From the NCBI GenBank assembly GCA_026397205.1, contig JAPLVH010000006.1, forward strand, positions 13,392 through 77,391: a stretch of 64,000 nucleotides of DNA, written 5' to 3'. Position 1 is the first letter of the stretch. Every line of letters begins with the position of its first letter. This stretch comes from Candidatus Berkelbacteria bacterium (GTDB lineage: Bacteria > Patescibacteriota > UBA1384 > XYA2-FULL-43-10 > CAINNR01). The position numbers and the translations under genes are program-made. This document shows positions 36,247 to 47,270 of this stretch, one piece after another. A model generated the notes under the pieces. It was not told the origin of the DNA and did not search any database. It saw only the letters and a program-made list of their open reading frames with translations.

Positions 36247-37116
36247 TTAGTGGTATGAATATATTAAAGCTATGGCGCCGAGCCAGAAAACAAAGGTCAT
36301 TATCAGCTGTTTGTCTCCGAGAATAACTTGAACCGGATCGCCACCATCACTGCGATTATAAATCAAATGAAAATAGCGAAAGATGCCGAAAACCACCAGC
36401 GGAGTGGTATAAATCAAGCGATCGGTTTGAAAATGAGCGACGGTTGCCGGATCAATAGTATAAAGAGCGTAAAAAACAACCGAAATTCCGGCGGTCAGCG
36501 CCAGCATTTGGTCAATAAAACTCTCGGTGTATTCACTGATTGATCGGCGGTGAGCTTTATTTTCCTCCGACAGAATCAGCATTTCGTTCTTTCGTTTGCC
36601 GAAAGCCAAGAATAGTGAAATAAAAAAGGTGCAAAGAAGAAGCCAGTGCGACGCCGAAACATTGATCGCCAGGGCACCGGCGATCACCCGAAGAACATAA
36701 CCGAGAGAGATAATCATTACATCAACTATCGGCAAATGTTTCAGACCGAAAGTATAAAACAAATTGATGATTAAGTAGAACAAGCAGATGTAGTACACTT
36801 TGACACCGACAAAAGTTGCCAGCGCTGTGCCGGCGACGAGTAATAGAGCAAAAAAGATGAATGCCTGCCAAACTTTGATTTTTTTGGCGGCAATCGGCCG
36901 AAACTTTTTTGTCGGATGAAACCGGTCACGACGAAAATCAAAAATATCGTTTAGAACATAAATCGCCGAAGCAAAAAGGGAGAAAGCCAGAAAAGCGGAC
37001 ACCGCCTGCCAGACGCTTGCCGACTCGAACTTGAAGGCGAACAAGAGCGGAGCAAAAATCAAGAGATTTTTGACCAACTGTTTCGGCCGAAGAAGTCGGA
37101 GAAAATCAATCATCAC
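36247..37116 (-). CDS. Decaprenyl-phosphate phosphoribosyltransferase (UbiA family)
   Basis: LRPKQLVKN, YVLNDIFD..RDRFHPTKKFRPIA, KR..E and GIFRY motifs. Confidence 0.9.
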   Translation of the reverse strand: MMIDFLRLLRPKQLVKNLLIFAPLLFAFKFESASVWQAVSAFLAFSLFASAIYVLNDIFDFRRDRFHPTKKFRPIAAKKIKVWQAFIFFALLLVAGTALATFVGVKVYYICLFYLIINLFYTFGLKHLPIVDVMIISLGYVLRVIAGALAINVSASHWLLLCTFFISLFLAFGKRKNEMLILSEENKAHRRSISEYTESFIDQMLALTAGISVVFYALYTIDPATVAHFQTDRLIYTTPLVVFGIFRYFHLIYNRSDGGDPVQVILGDKQLIMTFVFWLGAIALIYSYH

Positions 37117-40100
37117 TTTTCCTCCGTTTCAGTTATTAGGTCAATTTGGACGCCGTTATCCAGAAATCTTCGCTCCTGCCCGGAAAAAATGTTGTAAGTG
37201 GCCGAGGTGCCGAATGAATAATTATTTTTTATGCCGACAGCGATAACGGATTCGGCCAAATTTTTGAAAGCCAGATTAAACTTTGTCCGATCGGACGAAG
37301 AGTAGTTGTCAAAAGTAATTTTTTCACTGCCGATGGTAATAATAATTTCCGAAGTCGGTTCAAGTTCGCAGACAAAAAGATCTTCAAAGTTCGCTTTGGC
37401 GCGAAATTGATTGACGACTCGAATCTGCTCCGGCCAATCGGAAGTTTTCGGCTGGTCCCGGATTACTGCCGATGCCAGCGGCAACGACTCCTCGCCGACA
37501 ATTTGCAAAATCGGCTTGCCAAGATTTTTTACATAAATAAAATTATTCTTATCAACTAATCTTGGATAGGTTTCGGGATTGATGTCAATAAAAACCGAGG
37601 TCAGATCGGTATAAAGTTGTCTCTTATTGATCAGATTTATTAACTCGCTCTCACCGATAATTTGATCCTGGTTGCGATAAAAAATTTGCTTTTTGCTATC
37701 ACCTAGCGGCGCTTTCTTGTAAATAATTTGCTCCGAATCGCTTTTAATTAAGCCGTCAGTGATAAAATAATTACCTTTATCTTCGGCCATTATTTTTAGA
37801 TCTTTGGAGCTTCTATAATATTCCCGAGCTAAAATAATCTCCTTTTCCAGCACCGGATAAAAAAAGCTAAACTGACAAATAAAAATCAATAAAATCAGCG
37901 TCGGATACGACCAGTTTCTGAAAAGTTGGCGAAAATTTGCCACTGCCAGAGCTACAAGCAGTGACATCGGAGCAAAAAGTGGCGCAACAAATCGGCTGTC
38001 GGCGAAAGTCGCGATGATCATCAAAAAATAGGGCAAAAACCAGAGCAGAAGTTTTTTCTTTTTGACAAAATAAACTCCAAGCAAACTGAAAAACAGCATC
38101 AGTGAAAATGTCAGCATTTTTAAAACTTTGAAGAGTTCTGCCGGCAGTTGATTCATACTTATCTCGTTACCGGAAAGGTCACCGTCGAGGGCAAAAAGAT
38201 ATTGAATTTTGCTTAGCGCCAATTTGGAAAACACAAGCGGATTTCTGACAATCCACTTCGCTGCGACTCTGGTAGATTTATGATCCAACTGGCTTTCGCT
38301 CAAAGTCGCACCACCGGTAATTCCGTTTTCCGTCAGATAATCCCTGCTCGGCCAAAAAGCCGCCCGGCCGTTAATATTATATGGATTATTTCCAAGCAAA
38401 TAGTTGATGCCGCCGTTGGTCGAAATCAAAACCGCTGATTTGGCGACAATAGTTGACCTCGCCGACCAGCCAATGACCGGGATCAGCGCCCAAATTAGAA
38501 AAACCAGAACCGTTTTGTTTAGCTTTCGTTTCCAAATCCAAGAGAAAAAAAATAAAAGGCCAAAAACCAAAAGATAAATCAGGAAAGTCGGTCGGACCAA
38601 AATCAACCAACCGAAAGCCAAACCGGAAACGATTAGCGTCAGATAGCGATAACGGTTTTTTTGACCGAGAAAATAATAGTAGAAAAAAGCCGAAATGATT
38701 AGCAGTGACAGCGTCAGTGATTCAGTCCAAAAGCTGTTGTTGATGAGATAAATCGTGAAATTTCCGCCGTAAATGGCGGCAGTGATTGTGGCGATTTTCC
38801 GGCCGAAATATTTTTTTGCCAGCAAAAAAAGCAGAACGATGCTGATTAAAAATAACATCACCTGAGCGACTATTACCAATCTCCAGGAATTAAATTTGAT
38901 CAGATAAATCAAAGCAATAAACAGTGGGTAGCCCGGTGGACGATAAGTGCTGGCACCGTGACCGACGATATTCGGCAAAAAATTTTCCGCGTAAATATGC
39001 GACTGGGCCAAACTTTTTGCCAGCCGGTTATAATCGTAGGAATCAGCGAGAAGCAGGTTCGGATTGTTCGGGTAATGGAAAAAAAATAGGACTGAAACCG
39101 CCGTCGCCAGCAACAAAATCAGAAAAAGCCATTTATTTTCTAAAAATATTTTCCAAAAATTTTTTATCATCGTATTTAACTTTGGGGTTAAGATGAATTT
39201 TTTAGAATATATTCGATCATTAAAGGTGATAAAACAGAGATAAACAAATAGCGCTAGACTGATTAATGACATTATATCAGTCACGGGTCCCAGTAATTGA
39301 TGATTGGTCAAAATAGTTTGCATCAGATTAAAATCTCGGCCGAAACCGTAAAAAAGAAAGTCCTGGGCGAAGAAAAAAATACTGACAAAAAGATAGATTA
39401 AAAAATAGCGCTTATTAAGAACGGCTATGAGCGCCAGTAGCGGAATCATTAAAAAATAGTGGTTAATTAATATCCCGGTCTCCAACATAAAATAGCCGTA
39501 AACTCCCAGAGCGGCAGCAAAAATAATTATTTCTCTCTTTTTACTTTTGCTCCGCAATAGATAGCGAACATTGAAAAAAGTAAAGATCAGAAAAATAAGA
39601 TGGCCGATATAAGATATCCTAACACCAAAAAGCTTGCTGTTCAGGTTGCCGGAGACAATTTTGGGTCCGAGGTGGTATTGGAAAAACCACCAGGCGTTAA
39701 GCGCCTCACTGGTTAGCTGTGAAGTATTAAAATTTTTTACCGATAGCACATTTGTTGCCATACTTAGGGCATGATGGCTAACAATAAACGGCAGAGAGAT
39801 AATCAGGGCGGTGATAATGGTTACGGTACTGGCCAATAAATTTTTCCTCCAGCCGATATCTTTTAATCCGGCGAAGAAAATAATCGGAGCAATCAAAATT
39901 CCCTGGGGTTTGGTCATAAACGAAAAGGCAAGGAGAATATAGGAGTAGAGGGTTTTTTTGTTGTAAGCAAAAATCACCGACATCACGACAAAAAAAGCGC
40001 AAAGCATATCTTGATATCCCTGAATCGGCGAATTCAGCAGGACTAATGGGCTTAGCCAAAAGAGTAGCGCCGCCCACCTGGCTTCATTTGGTGATCTTAT

Positions 40101-40550
40101 TTTTTTGACAAACAGATAGACCGCCGCCGCAATTAAGATTGAGGCGACAAGTGGAATCAGATTATTAAAAAAATTATAAAGCCGGGCGTTTGGCATCTCC
40201 GGACGAATCATTTTATACAGATGACCAGTTGTAAATAAGGCATAAATCAACACCGGCGGTTGGGTGCACTGAAAGACATTGCGAAGATATTTATAAGAGT
40301 CGTAGGGAATCATTCTCCGTGTTTGCTGATTAATTTCCACCAGCGACGCATGGCCGATTAGAGGCAAGACTTTTTTGTCCTCCTCCCCGTAAATATTTAA
40401 GAGGCTTTCTTTGGAAGCATATTCCGACCAGGCCTTCCACCACTCAACATCCTGCGTGCCAAGAAAAAAACTTCCAGTGATCCTGATCACCAGTCCTATG
40501 ACCAGCAAGATAATAAATATACTATTTTTGATCTTAATTTTTTTGAACAT
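37113..40550 (-). CDS. Large tandem GT-C fusion (GT87-like + ArnT/PMT-like)
   Basis: First half TQDV/QPP/GYQD/TKPQ; second half DSYDY, YRPPGYPLF, TESL, LVRP and ISTNGG. Confidence 0.75.
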   Translation of the reverse strand: MFKKIKIKNSIFIILLVIGLVIRITGSFFLGTQDVEWWKAWSEYASKESLLNIYGEEDKKVLPLIGHASLVEINQQTRRMIPYDSYKYLRNVFQCTQPPVLIYALFTTGHLYKMIRPEMPNARLYNFFNNLIPLVASILIAAAVYLFVKKIRSPNEARWAALLFWLSPLVLLNSPIQGYQDMLCAFFVVMSVIFAYNKKTLYSYILLAFSFMTKPQGILIAPIIFFAGLKDIGWRKNLLASTVTIITALIISLPFIVSHHALSMATNVLSVKNFNTSQLTSEALNAWWFFQYHLGPKIVSGNLNSKLFGVRISYIGHLIFLIFTFFNVRYLLRSKSKKREIIIFAAALGVYGYFMLETGILINHYFLMIPLLALIAVLNKRYFLIYLFVSIFFFAQDFLFYGFGRDFNLMQTILTNHQLLGPVTDIMSLISLALFVYLCFITFNDRIYSKKFILTPKLNTMIKNFWKIFLENKWLFLILLLATAVSVLFFFHYPNNPNLLLADSYDYNRLAKSLAQSHIYAENFLPNIVGHGASTYRPPGYPLFIALIYLIKFNSWRLVIVAQVMLFLISIVLLFLLAKKYFGRKIATITAAIYGGNFTIYLINNSFWTESLTLSLLIISAFFYYYFLGQKNRYRYLTLIVSGLAFGWLILVRPTFLIYLLVFGLLFFFSWIWKRKLNKTVLVFLIWALIPVIGWSARSTIVAKSAVLISTNGGINYLLGNNPYNINGRAAFWPSRDYLTENGITGGATLSESQLDHKSTRVAAKWIVRNPLVFSKLALSKIQYLFALDGDLSGNEISMNQLPAELFKVLKMLTFSLMLFFSLLGVYFVKKKKLLLWFLPYFLMIIATFADSRFVAPLFAPMSLLVALAVANFRQLFRNWSYPTLILLIFICQFSFFYPVLEKEIILAREYYRSSKDLKIMAEDKGNYFITDGLIKSDSEQIIYKKAPLGDSKKQIFYRNQDQIIGESELINLINKRQLYTDLTSVFIDINPETYPRLVDKNNFIYVKNLGKPILQIVGEESLPLASAVIRDQPKTSDWPEQIRVVNQFRAKANFEDLFVCELEPTSEIIITIGSEKITFDNYSSSDRTKFNLAFKNLAESVIAVGIKNNYSFGTSATYNIFSGQERRFLDNGVQIDLITETEEK

Positions 40551-40566
40551 AGTTAGAAATTGAAAT

Positions 40567-41445
40567 TCAGTGCTTGATTAAAATTGTAAACAACTTCGTG
40601 GTTGCAAGATCGGCTTTAGAGTATCTCTGAAAATCTTTTGAAATTGCTGGGGCGGGCGCTAGCGCCTTTTTTTCGACTTCGGACCGGCAAAATATCTCTT
40701 GCAAGTCGTTAATCATAAATTCTTTTTTGTAGTCCGATGCTCTTAACCGATTAGTGTAAAAAATTGTGCCACGAGTTAATTTATTCCAACGATCTTCGCC
40801 ATAACGATAAAAATTGAGAGGGCAGATAACATTGATATGATCGCGCAAATCAATCTCATGAATCATTATTCCGCCTTTTTTTATATATCTTGAAAGATTT
40901 TTTATTGCCGCCGGCAACTTTTTTCTGTCAATATGTTCAAAAACAGCTTGGGAAATTACAACATCAAAGGTGTTTTCGAAAGATTTATTGAAATGGGTAA
41001 TATCTAATTTTCTAAATTTGAATGGGGGTTTAATTTTAATTTTGTCACCATTAAATTTAATAAATGATTTGACCTCGGACCAATATTTTTTGCTGATTTC
41101 TCCGACAATTTTCTTCTCGTTCCTTATCCAGTTCGCGTCCGTGAGTAAATTGGAGTATAAATCCGTTGCCAGCCAGGACTTGCAACCTGCGGCGACAAAA
41201 AAGTAGCCCATACCAACCGAGCCGCCCGAACCGACTTCAAGCACCGAGAGACCGGAAAGTGACAGACCGGCTTTGTCCAGATACTTTTTCAGCAATAAAT
41301 ACTCTCGGCGATAATCATCCAGCGATCGCTTTTCCCAAAAAGAGAAAAACGAATTTACCGCCGGCAAATGAACAATCTTTAAAAGAATTGGCGTGGCGCC
41401 AATTTTTTGGATAAAATTAAGTCCTTTTCTGGTTATTGATTTCAT
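40567..41445 (-). CDS. Class I SAM methyltransferase
   Basis: VLEVGSG, FDVVISQAVFEHI and IDLRDH motifs. Confidence 0.85.
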   Translation of the reverse strand: MKSITRKGLNFIQKIGATPILLKIVHLPAVNSFFSFWEKRSLDDYRREYLLLKKYLDKAGLSLSGLSVLEVGSGGSVGMGYFFVAAGCKSWLATDLYSNLLTDANWIRNEKKIVGEISKKYWSEVKSFIKFNGDKIKIKPPFKFRKLDITHFNKSFENTFDVVISQAVFEHIDRKKLPAAIKNLSRYIKKGGIMIHEIDLRDHINVICPLNFYRYGEDRWNKLTRGTIFYTNRLRASDYKKEFMINDLQEIFCRSEVEKKALAPAPAISKDFQRYSKADLATTKLFTILIKH

Positions 41446-42089
41446 CGGCGATGAGAGTTCGGATCAAAGATTATAATAATGACCAAAAATCCAATCAAAA
41501 CGGCCAAAAGTATTTCATAGCAAAGGGAAAATTTCCGGTCTTGACTAAATTTATTCCACGATTCTCTGGCGATGTGTTTGATATTTTCATGATAAATAAT
41601 TCTCGGCGAAGTGTTGATAAATTCGTCAGGATTCATATCGCGGTTAAAAAACTTTAAGCTGTTTTGGGAGTCAAGATCGGACAAGAGGACAAATTTTACT
41701 GCCACCGGTTGAGTATTATCAACTTTAAGCGGCAAAAATTTAATTTGGTTCAGGCCCTTTTTTATCTCGCTGATTTTAATCAGTTTTTGAAAAGTCAGCG
41801 GCTGGTTATTTAATGATTTGTAATTTATCGTTAATTCCAAACTCTTCTGATTTTCTCCGGCGATTAAATAATCTCGATGAAAATAAACTTCCAGGCCAGA
41901 AATTTGGTTGCGAATCGGTGTAAAAGTGAAGGCCGAACTGTCACCGGCTACGTCTAAATTTTGATTTAATCCCTCTGGCTCGGTGTGATAATGATATTCG
42001 GAAAAATCAAAGACTCCGAACCAAAAAATCGTTGCCAGCGCTGCCAGAGACAAAAGAGCGATTGATGTTTTAAGTGGGTTTAGTTTCAT
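41442..42089 (-). CDS. Hypothetical membrane protein
   Basis: N- and C-terminal TM; coupled to its neighbours. Confidence 0.6.
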   Translation of the reverse strand: MKLNPLKTSIALLSLAALATIFWFGVFDFSEYHYHTEPEGLNQNLDVAGDSSAFTFTPIRNQISGLEVYFHRDYLIAGENQKSLELTINYKSLNNQPLTFQKLIKISEIKKGLNQIKFLPLKVDNTQPVAVKFVLLSDLDSQNSLKFFNRDMNPDEFINTSPRIIYHENIKHIARESWNKFSQDRKFSLCYEILLAVLIGFLVIIIIFDPNSHRR

Positions 42090-43332
42090 TTCTGGATTTG
42101 TAAAGAATAAAAGCCAAAAGGCCAGCAAAAATTACCAACAGTGTGTGGAAAATTGAGACCACCAGATAGCGGTCAATATTTAGAAGATGATTTGCCGCCA
42201 AACTACTCATGTTCGGAAAAAGTGATGGGTCAAGCGGCGAGAACAGTGTCCAGCTAACCGCAGCCCCATAATAAATTTCAATAAAAAGAAAATAGCTGAC
42301 GAACAAACCAAGCATTGGTAGAAGGGTTTTCCTGTTCTGGGCAAAAATTATGATTAAAAATGGCATAATCCAAACCGGATAGTGCGGATTGAAATAGCCG
42401 AAACTTAAATAAGTCAGAAAAGCGATGGCGGAATAATTTGAGAATTTAAAGAACGACCGTTTTTTATCGTAGTAAAACAAAATCAAAACCAGCAGGTAGA
42501 GAACTGGGAAAATCGAGGTTGTGGTAAAACCGGAACCGATCTGGCCGGAGAAAAACAGTTTGTAACTGTCGCCAAGGGTCAAGTCGGGCAACAAACTGCC
42601 GCCGCCAAGAAAGGAGATTAACTGGCTTATCAGCAACACCGGCAGAAGCCCAGAAATTGAATATTTTATCGCCTCTTTCCAATTTTTGGAGAAATAAATC
42701 ACTAGAAATGGAAGTATTAACAGATAGCTAGTCCGACAAGCCAGCGCTAGGCCAATAAAGATCAAAGACCAAAAGCTTTTATTGCGATAAGCGAAATATA
42801 AAGCCAGAAAGGTAAAAAGCAGGCCGAAAATTTCGTAGCGGCCCCAAATATAAACCGAGTAAAGCGTGAGTGGACACAGGGCCCAAAAGGCGACCATCCG
42901 AAGTTTTCTGGTCCAATCGGGGAAGAGTTTCCAGGCGAAAAACAGCAGAAGCAAGTCGGTGAGTAAAAATGGAAATTTCAGGACGAAAAGCAGCCGAGCC
43001 GAGTGGACGGAATTAACAAAAAGATTGTAGCCATTGGGATTAATACTACCGGTGGTAAAAAACTCCGGCTTAAAGAGCCCGGGCAACTCTCTGGTCAGAG
43101 GTGAAACGGCTTTAAGGTAAAAACAGAGCAGAAATTCCGGGACCGCGCCGCTGATTCGGAAATTGCCACCAAAGGCGTAAAGTGATTCTCTCCAGGTCGC
43201 GGAAAGCAGATCGGCATGAGTAGTTAAAGGCATTAGCAACATTCGGATAAGAAGTCCAACCAAAATCCAAATCAAAACAAGCCGTAACTTTGGTTCAAAT
43301 ATTTTAGCGATAACTTTTTTTAAAGCGATCAT
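42070..43332 (-). CDS. GT-C (GT87/PIG-M-like) membrane glycosyltransferase
   Basis: HADL, LKFPFLLTD, WALCP, WGRYE and PHYPVW motifs. Confidence 0.7.
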   Translation of the reverse strand: MIALKKVIAKIFEPKLRLVLIWILVGLLIRMLLMPLTTHADLLSATWRESLYAFGGNFRISGAVPEFLLCFYLKAVSPLTRELPGLFKPEFFTTGSINPNGYNLFVNSVHSARLLFVLKFPFLLTDLLLLFFAWKLFPDWTRKLRMVAFWALCPLTLYSVYIWGRYEIFGLLFTFLALYFAYRNKSFWSLIFIGLALACRTSYLLILPFLVIYFSKNWKEAIKYSISGLLPVLLISQLISFLGGGSLLPDLTLGDSYKLFFSGQIGSGFTTTSIFPVLYLLVLILFYYDKKRSFFKFSNYSAIAFLTYLSFGYFNPHYPVWIMPFLIIIFAQNRKTLLPMLGLFVSYFLFIEIYYGAAVSWTLFSPLDPSLFPNMSSLAANHLLNIDRYLVVSIFHTLLVIFAGLLAFILYKSRNETKPT

Positions 43333-44255
43333 TGTTTTTTCCCTGATCTGTAAATTATTAAGCCAAAAACTCCTTCAATCAGAGCAAAAATCCAAAGCAT
43401 CAGCGAAACTGACACCGCACCTTCCTTTGTCAATCCAAGACAGGAAGCGAAGAAAATATATAGCCATTCGCGGACTCCCAAACCGCCAATCGAAATCGGC
43501 AACATTGCGCCAAAACAAATAATTGGGACAGCGACAAAAAACCAGCCGATATTTACCTTGGGGTTTATCGCCAAGCCAATTAAAATGGTAATCGCGACGA
43601 CAAAAAAAACATAAACTAGCGACAATAAAAGACAGCGCAGGAAAACCAAAGCTGTTTTTTTGTTTTTGCCAAAAATAGAAACGAAAGCCGAGACCAAAAA
43701 TAGCAAAAAACTGATTGCAAGCCAAACCATCCATTGGTGAATGAATGATGAATAGTGGAAGCTGGTAAAAATAATCGAGGTAGCCAAAATTGTCAAAAGT
43801 CCGCAGAAACCGATCAGCCGGTCCCAAATCAAACTTATGACGCTGGTTTTTAGCCGAACATGGCTACGGGTTTTAAGCAGAATAAATTTGGAAATGTCGG
43901 CACCGACCGGCAGAAATAGTGAAGCAAAAAGGCCAAAAAAATAAAACCGGGTCATTTGCCAGAGAGTCAGATCGGATTTTAACAGGCGCAAAATCAGCTG
44001 ATGGCGTTTTATCGAAAAAAATTCGCTGATAAAAGTCAAAACCAGAGCGAGAAAAATGATTGAAAAATTGAGAGTTGAAAAAACTTTCCCAACGGCCGAC
44101 CAGTTGACTCTAAAAATCAGATAAATTATTAATCCGGCACTGACAATTATCCGCAAAAACTTTCCGGAAGTGCTTTTATCTTGCCAATCAAAAACCTTTT
44201 TACCAAAAACAATTAAAAGTCGAGTTTTTCTTCCTGTTTTCTCCGGCTGGCTCAT
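43329..44255 (-). CDS. UPF0104/LPG-synthase-TM flippase-like protein
   Basis: FLPVGAD, DRLIG and LPISIGGLGVRE motifs. Confidence 0.85.
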   Translation of the reverse strand: MSQPEKTGRKTRLLIVFGKKVFDWQDKSTSGKFLRIIVSAGLIIYLIFRVNWSAVGKVFSTLNFSIIFLALVLTFISEFFSIKRHQLILRLLKSDLTLWQMTRFYFFGLFASLFLPVGADISKFILLKTRSHVRLKTSVISLIWDRLIGFCGLLTILATSIIFTSFHYSSFIHQWMVWLAISFLLFLVSAFVSIFGKNKKTALVFLRCLLLSLVYVFFVVAITILIGLAINPKVNIGWFFVAVPIICFGAMLPISIGGLGVREWLYIFFASCLGLTKEGAVSVSLMLWIFALIEGVFGLIIYRSGKKQ

Positions 44256-44258
44256 TTA

Positions 44259-45407
44259 TTACCACCCCGACTTTATTACTTTGCAAATTCTTTTGACATC
44301 GGCTTCGGAAACTTTCATATGAAGCGGCAAGACAAGGTATTTGTCCTCTATCGCATCCATATTTGGAAGATCGTCGCGCCTGGAGCCAAAAATTGAATAA
44401 CGATCATTTCGATAATGGGTTTGGTTTGATTCGATGTGATTTTCCCGCAACTTTTTCTGCAAATCCCAGCGCTTTTCGGCGATAACAGTGCAAAGCCAAG
44501 CGGCGTGTTCGCGATCGCGATAATTGGCGCCGACAACTTTGATGCCGGAAACACCGGCCAACTCCTGTTCATAAATTGCCAAAATTTTTCGCCGATGGGA
44601 AATTATTTTATCAAACTCTTCCAGACCAGCCAATCCCATCGAAGCGGCAATGTCGGTCATCTGGTATTTATAGCCGACTTCTTTGATGTCGTTCTCCCAA
44701 GTTCCCTTCTGTTTCGACGATCGGTCAATACCAAACCAGCGAATCCTCTTTGCTTGATCGAGCAGAGATTCATCTTTTATTGTCAGCATTCCGCCATCGC
44801 CGGTGGTAATGTGTTTTATCGCCTGAAAAGAGAAAGTAGTGAATTCGGAAATCGCACCGATGCTTTTGTTCAAATAAGTCGCGCCGAGTGCTTGAGCGGC
44901 ATCTTCAATAATTGGGATTCCCCAATAATCAGCAATCCGGCGAAGCTCGGTCATGTCGCAAGGCAAACCGCCATAATGGACACAAACAATTGCTTTGGTT
45001 TTGTAATCAACCAATTTTTTGACATGGACGGGATCAATATTCATTGTATCCGGTTGGATATCGGCAAACTTGACTTTCGCCCCCATATAATGAAACGGAA
45101 TGTTGGTTGCGGTGCAAGTGAAAACCGGAACGACGACTTCGTCATCCTTTTTGATGTCGGCCAAAATGTAAGCCAAATGCAAAGCATCAGTGCAGGAGCC
45201 AACGGCCAATGGCGAAAAACCCTTGGCGAATCGAGCAGCGAACTGCTGTTCAAAAAGATCAACTTTCGGCCCCTGACCGATCCATCTGGTTGACAAGGTC
45301 TGACTGACATTTTCAATCGCCTTTTTCGGAATGTAGGGGTGAAAAAGGACAATATTATCATCAACCGGATCAAGAAGTCCCATATCTTTGGTTTTTGTCT
45401 CCGCCAT
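44259..45407 (-). CDS. DegT/DnrJ/EryC1/StrS sugar aminotransferase
   Basis: SCTDALHLA, IEDAAQA and SFQAIKHITTGDGG motifs. Confidence 0.95.
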   Translation of the reverse strand: MAETKTKDMGLLDPVDDNIVLFHPYIPKKAIENVSQTLSTRWIGQGPKVDLFEQQFAARFAKGFSPLAVGSCTDALHLAYILADIKKDDEVVVPVFTCTATNIPFHYMGAKVKFADIQPDTMNIDPVHVKKLVDYKTKAIVCVHYGGLPCDMTELRRIADYWGIPIIEDAAQALGATYLNKSIGAISEFTTFSFQAIKHITTGDGGMLTIKDESLLDQAKRIRWFGIDRSSKQKGTWENDIKEVGYKYQMTDIAASMGLAGLEEFDKIISHRRKILAIYEQELAGVSGIKVVGANYRDREHAAWLCTVIAEKRWDLQKKLRENHIESNQTHYRNDRYSIFGSRRDDLPNMDAIEDKYLVLPLHMKVSEADVKRICKVIKSGW

Positions 45408-45419
45408 TTCGTCTCCCGA

Positions 45420-47270
45420 TTATTTTTTAAACACTATGATAAATTTATTACCAATGACTATTTTTTGCAAGAAAAAGTCAAGTGATGAGACAAACACTGC
45501 TAGCGGGTAGAAAAAACGAAGTAAAAAAATCTGCTTCGGATTGACGGCTTTTGTGTTTGTCAACTCGATACTTTTCTTGCCGCGATTATTTATTTTGATC
45601 TGAGAGATATCAATCAGGAGCAGAATTATTTCAGTGAAAAAGTTGGAAAAGGTTTTATAATAATCGGCGGAAAATCCGGCCTGATGGAATCTTTTTTTAA
45701 CCGTATCTGCCGATTCCTCAAACTGGAAACCGCGAATTTTTTTGCCCAGACTGATTTTTTCCCGGATTTTATTTATCAGCCGTCGCCGGTTCCCATCATT
45801 CAAAGTCAGAAGAATCTTGCCCTTCGGTTTTAAAATTTTGCTCAAGCGACGAATTTCAAGATCGGGATTTTTGAAGTAGAAAAAAGTGTCAACAACCGTT
45901 ATCAAATCGAATTTCTGATTTTTAATTTGGCGAAGGTCGGTAAAAAATTTTGGCACCGTTCCTAAAACTTTTTTTGCCTCGACGATTATTTCTTTCTCCG
46001 GCTCAAGGTAAGACCAGCGGTCGCCGTATTTTTGGTATTTCCCGGCAATCGCGCCGGTGCCGGTGCCGATATCCAAACAGTTTGGAAACGTTTTCTCGCC
46101 GGCGAAAAAACGCTTAATTTCCTGAAGTTTCTGCCGTTTGCCAAGATGGTAACGCAAAATCGAATTTTGCCACGGCTCTCCTGTTCGACTATTTGCTTCC
46201 GCGACATTGTAAATTAATCTTATATACTTTTCGGCGCAAAGATCAAGAGCGTAAATACTCTCGGCTGCCGTTCTTCCGCTCCTGCCGATACTTTTTCTTA
46301 ATTTTTCGCTTTCGATTAATTTCTTCAAAACCAAAATCCACTCTTTTTCATCCTTAACCAGAAAACCGTTTTCGCCGTTTTTTATTGCCGTTTTGTTCAG
46401 CCCGACATTGCTGGCGACGGTCGGAATTCCCATGGCGAAATAGACAATCATTTTATAACCCAGCCGCCCCCGGTTAAACGGCGAATTGTCAAGTGGCATT
46501 AGGCCGATGTCAAATTTTCGAAGATTTCCGACTTCGCTTTTTTCTGTCCAAGCGATATTTTCAACCTTTATTTTGTCAAATTTGACCTCATTGCCACCGA
46601 TGTTGTGTAAAACGACATCATTTTTTTCGGCAATTTTATCAAGAACGCTCTTCAAAGACAAAAGGAGATAAGTTGTTGTCGGGCTTCCAAGCCAGCCGAT
46701 AACGATCTGTTTTTTGCTCGGTTTTTTTGCCGGTTGATATTTTTTTGTGTCAATCGGCGCCGAAATAATTTCAAGATTTTTATTAAATTGTTTTGCGTAG
46801 CGCAAAAGATAGGAATTTTCGGCTAAAACATAGGCCGATTTTTTCAGAATTCGGCTCAATAATTTTTTTCGATAGCTGAACAACCAAGCAGAAATCCGGT
46901 TTTTTTTCACTCCCGGATTCGGTTGCCAAATCGCATCATCGAATTCATAAATGATTTTCCGATTAAAAAGTCGCAAAATACTGAACTGCAAAAACGGCAG
47001 GGTGTCCTTTTGGACAACAACGACATCATAACCGAGAGCAGAAATGACATCAATGTAGCGGCGAAAAAAATTTCCAATTAAAACGGCGCCAGTCCTGATT
47101 TTTAAAAAAAAGGGGCTGTCGTTTTGAGAGATAATTTTCAGCTCTTTGGTCAGGAGCGGCTTGACGGAAAATTTCAAACCGGCCTTTTTAAAATTCGGCA
47201 AAAATTGGTAAACCCTGACTCGGCTTGACGGTCCGGTTTCGTCGTATTGGGTCAAAAACAGAACTTTCAT
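45420..47270 (-). CDS. GT4 glycosyltransferase fused to a SAM methyltransferase
   Basis: SSRVR, YEFDDAI and DIGLMPL...YFAMGIP, then LDIGTGTG. Confidence 0.85.
   Translation of the reverse strand: MKVLFLTQYDETGPSSRVRVYQFLPNFKKAGLKFSVKPLLTKELKIISQNDSPFFLKIRTGAVLIGNFFRRYIDVISALGYDVVVVQKDTLPFLQFSILRLFNRKIIYEFDDAIWQPNPGVKKNRISAWLFSYRKKLLSRILKKSAYVLAENSYLLRYAKQFNKNLEIISAPIDTKKYQPAKKPSKKQIVIGWLGSPTTTYLLLSLKSVLDKIAEKNDVVLHNIGGNEVKFDKIKVENIAWTEKSEVGNLRKFDIGLMPLDNSPFNRGRLGYKMIVYFAMGIPTVASNVGLNKTAIKNGENGFLVKDEKEWILVLKKLIESEKLRKSIGRSGRTAAESIYALDLCAEKYIRLIYNVAEANSRTGEPWQNSILRYHLGKRQKLQEIKRFFAGEKTFPNCLDIGTGTGAIAGKYQKYGDRWSYLEPEKEIIVEAKKVLGTVPKFFTDLRQIKNQKFDLITVVDTFFYFKNPDLEIRRLSKILKPKGKILLTLNDGNRRRLINKIREKISLGKKIRGFQFEESADTVKKRFHQAGFSADYYKTFSNFFTEIILLLIDISQIKINNRGKKSIELTNTKAVNPKQIFLLRFFYPLAVFVSSLDFFLQKIVIGNKFIIVFKK

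Noticed and set aside
44436-45293. 285-aa plus-strand ORF and similar long shadow ORFs (17448-17975, 19367-19831, 49068-49508)
   Set aside because: They overlap well-supported genes antisense or out of frame and have no recognisable motifs.
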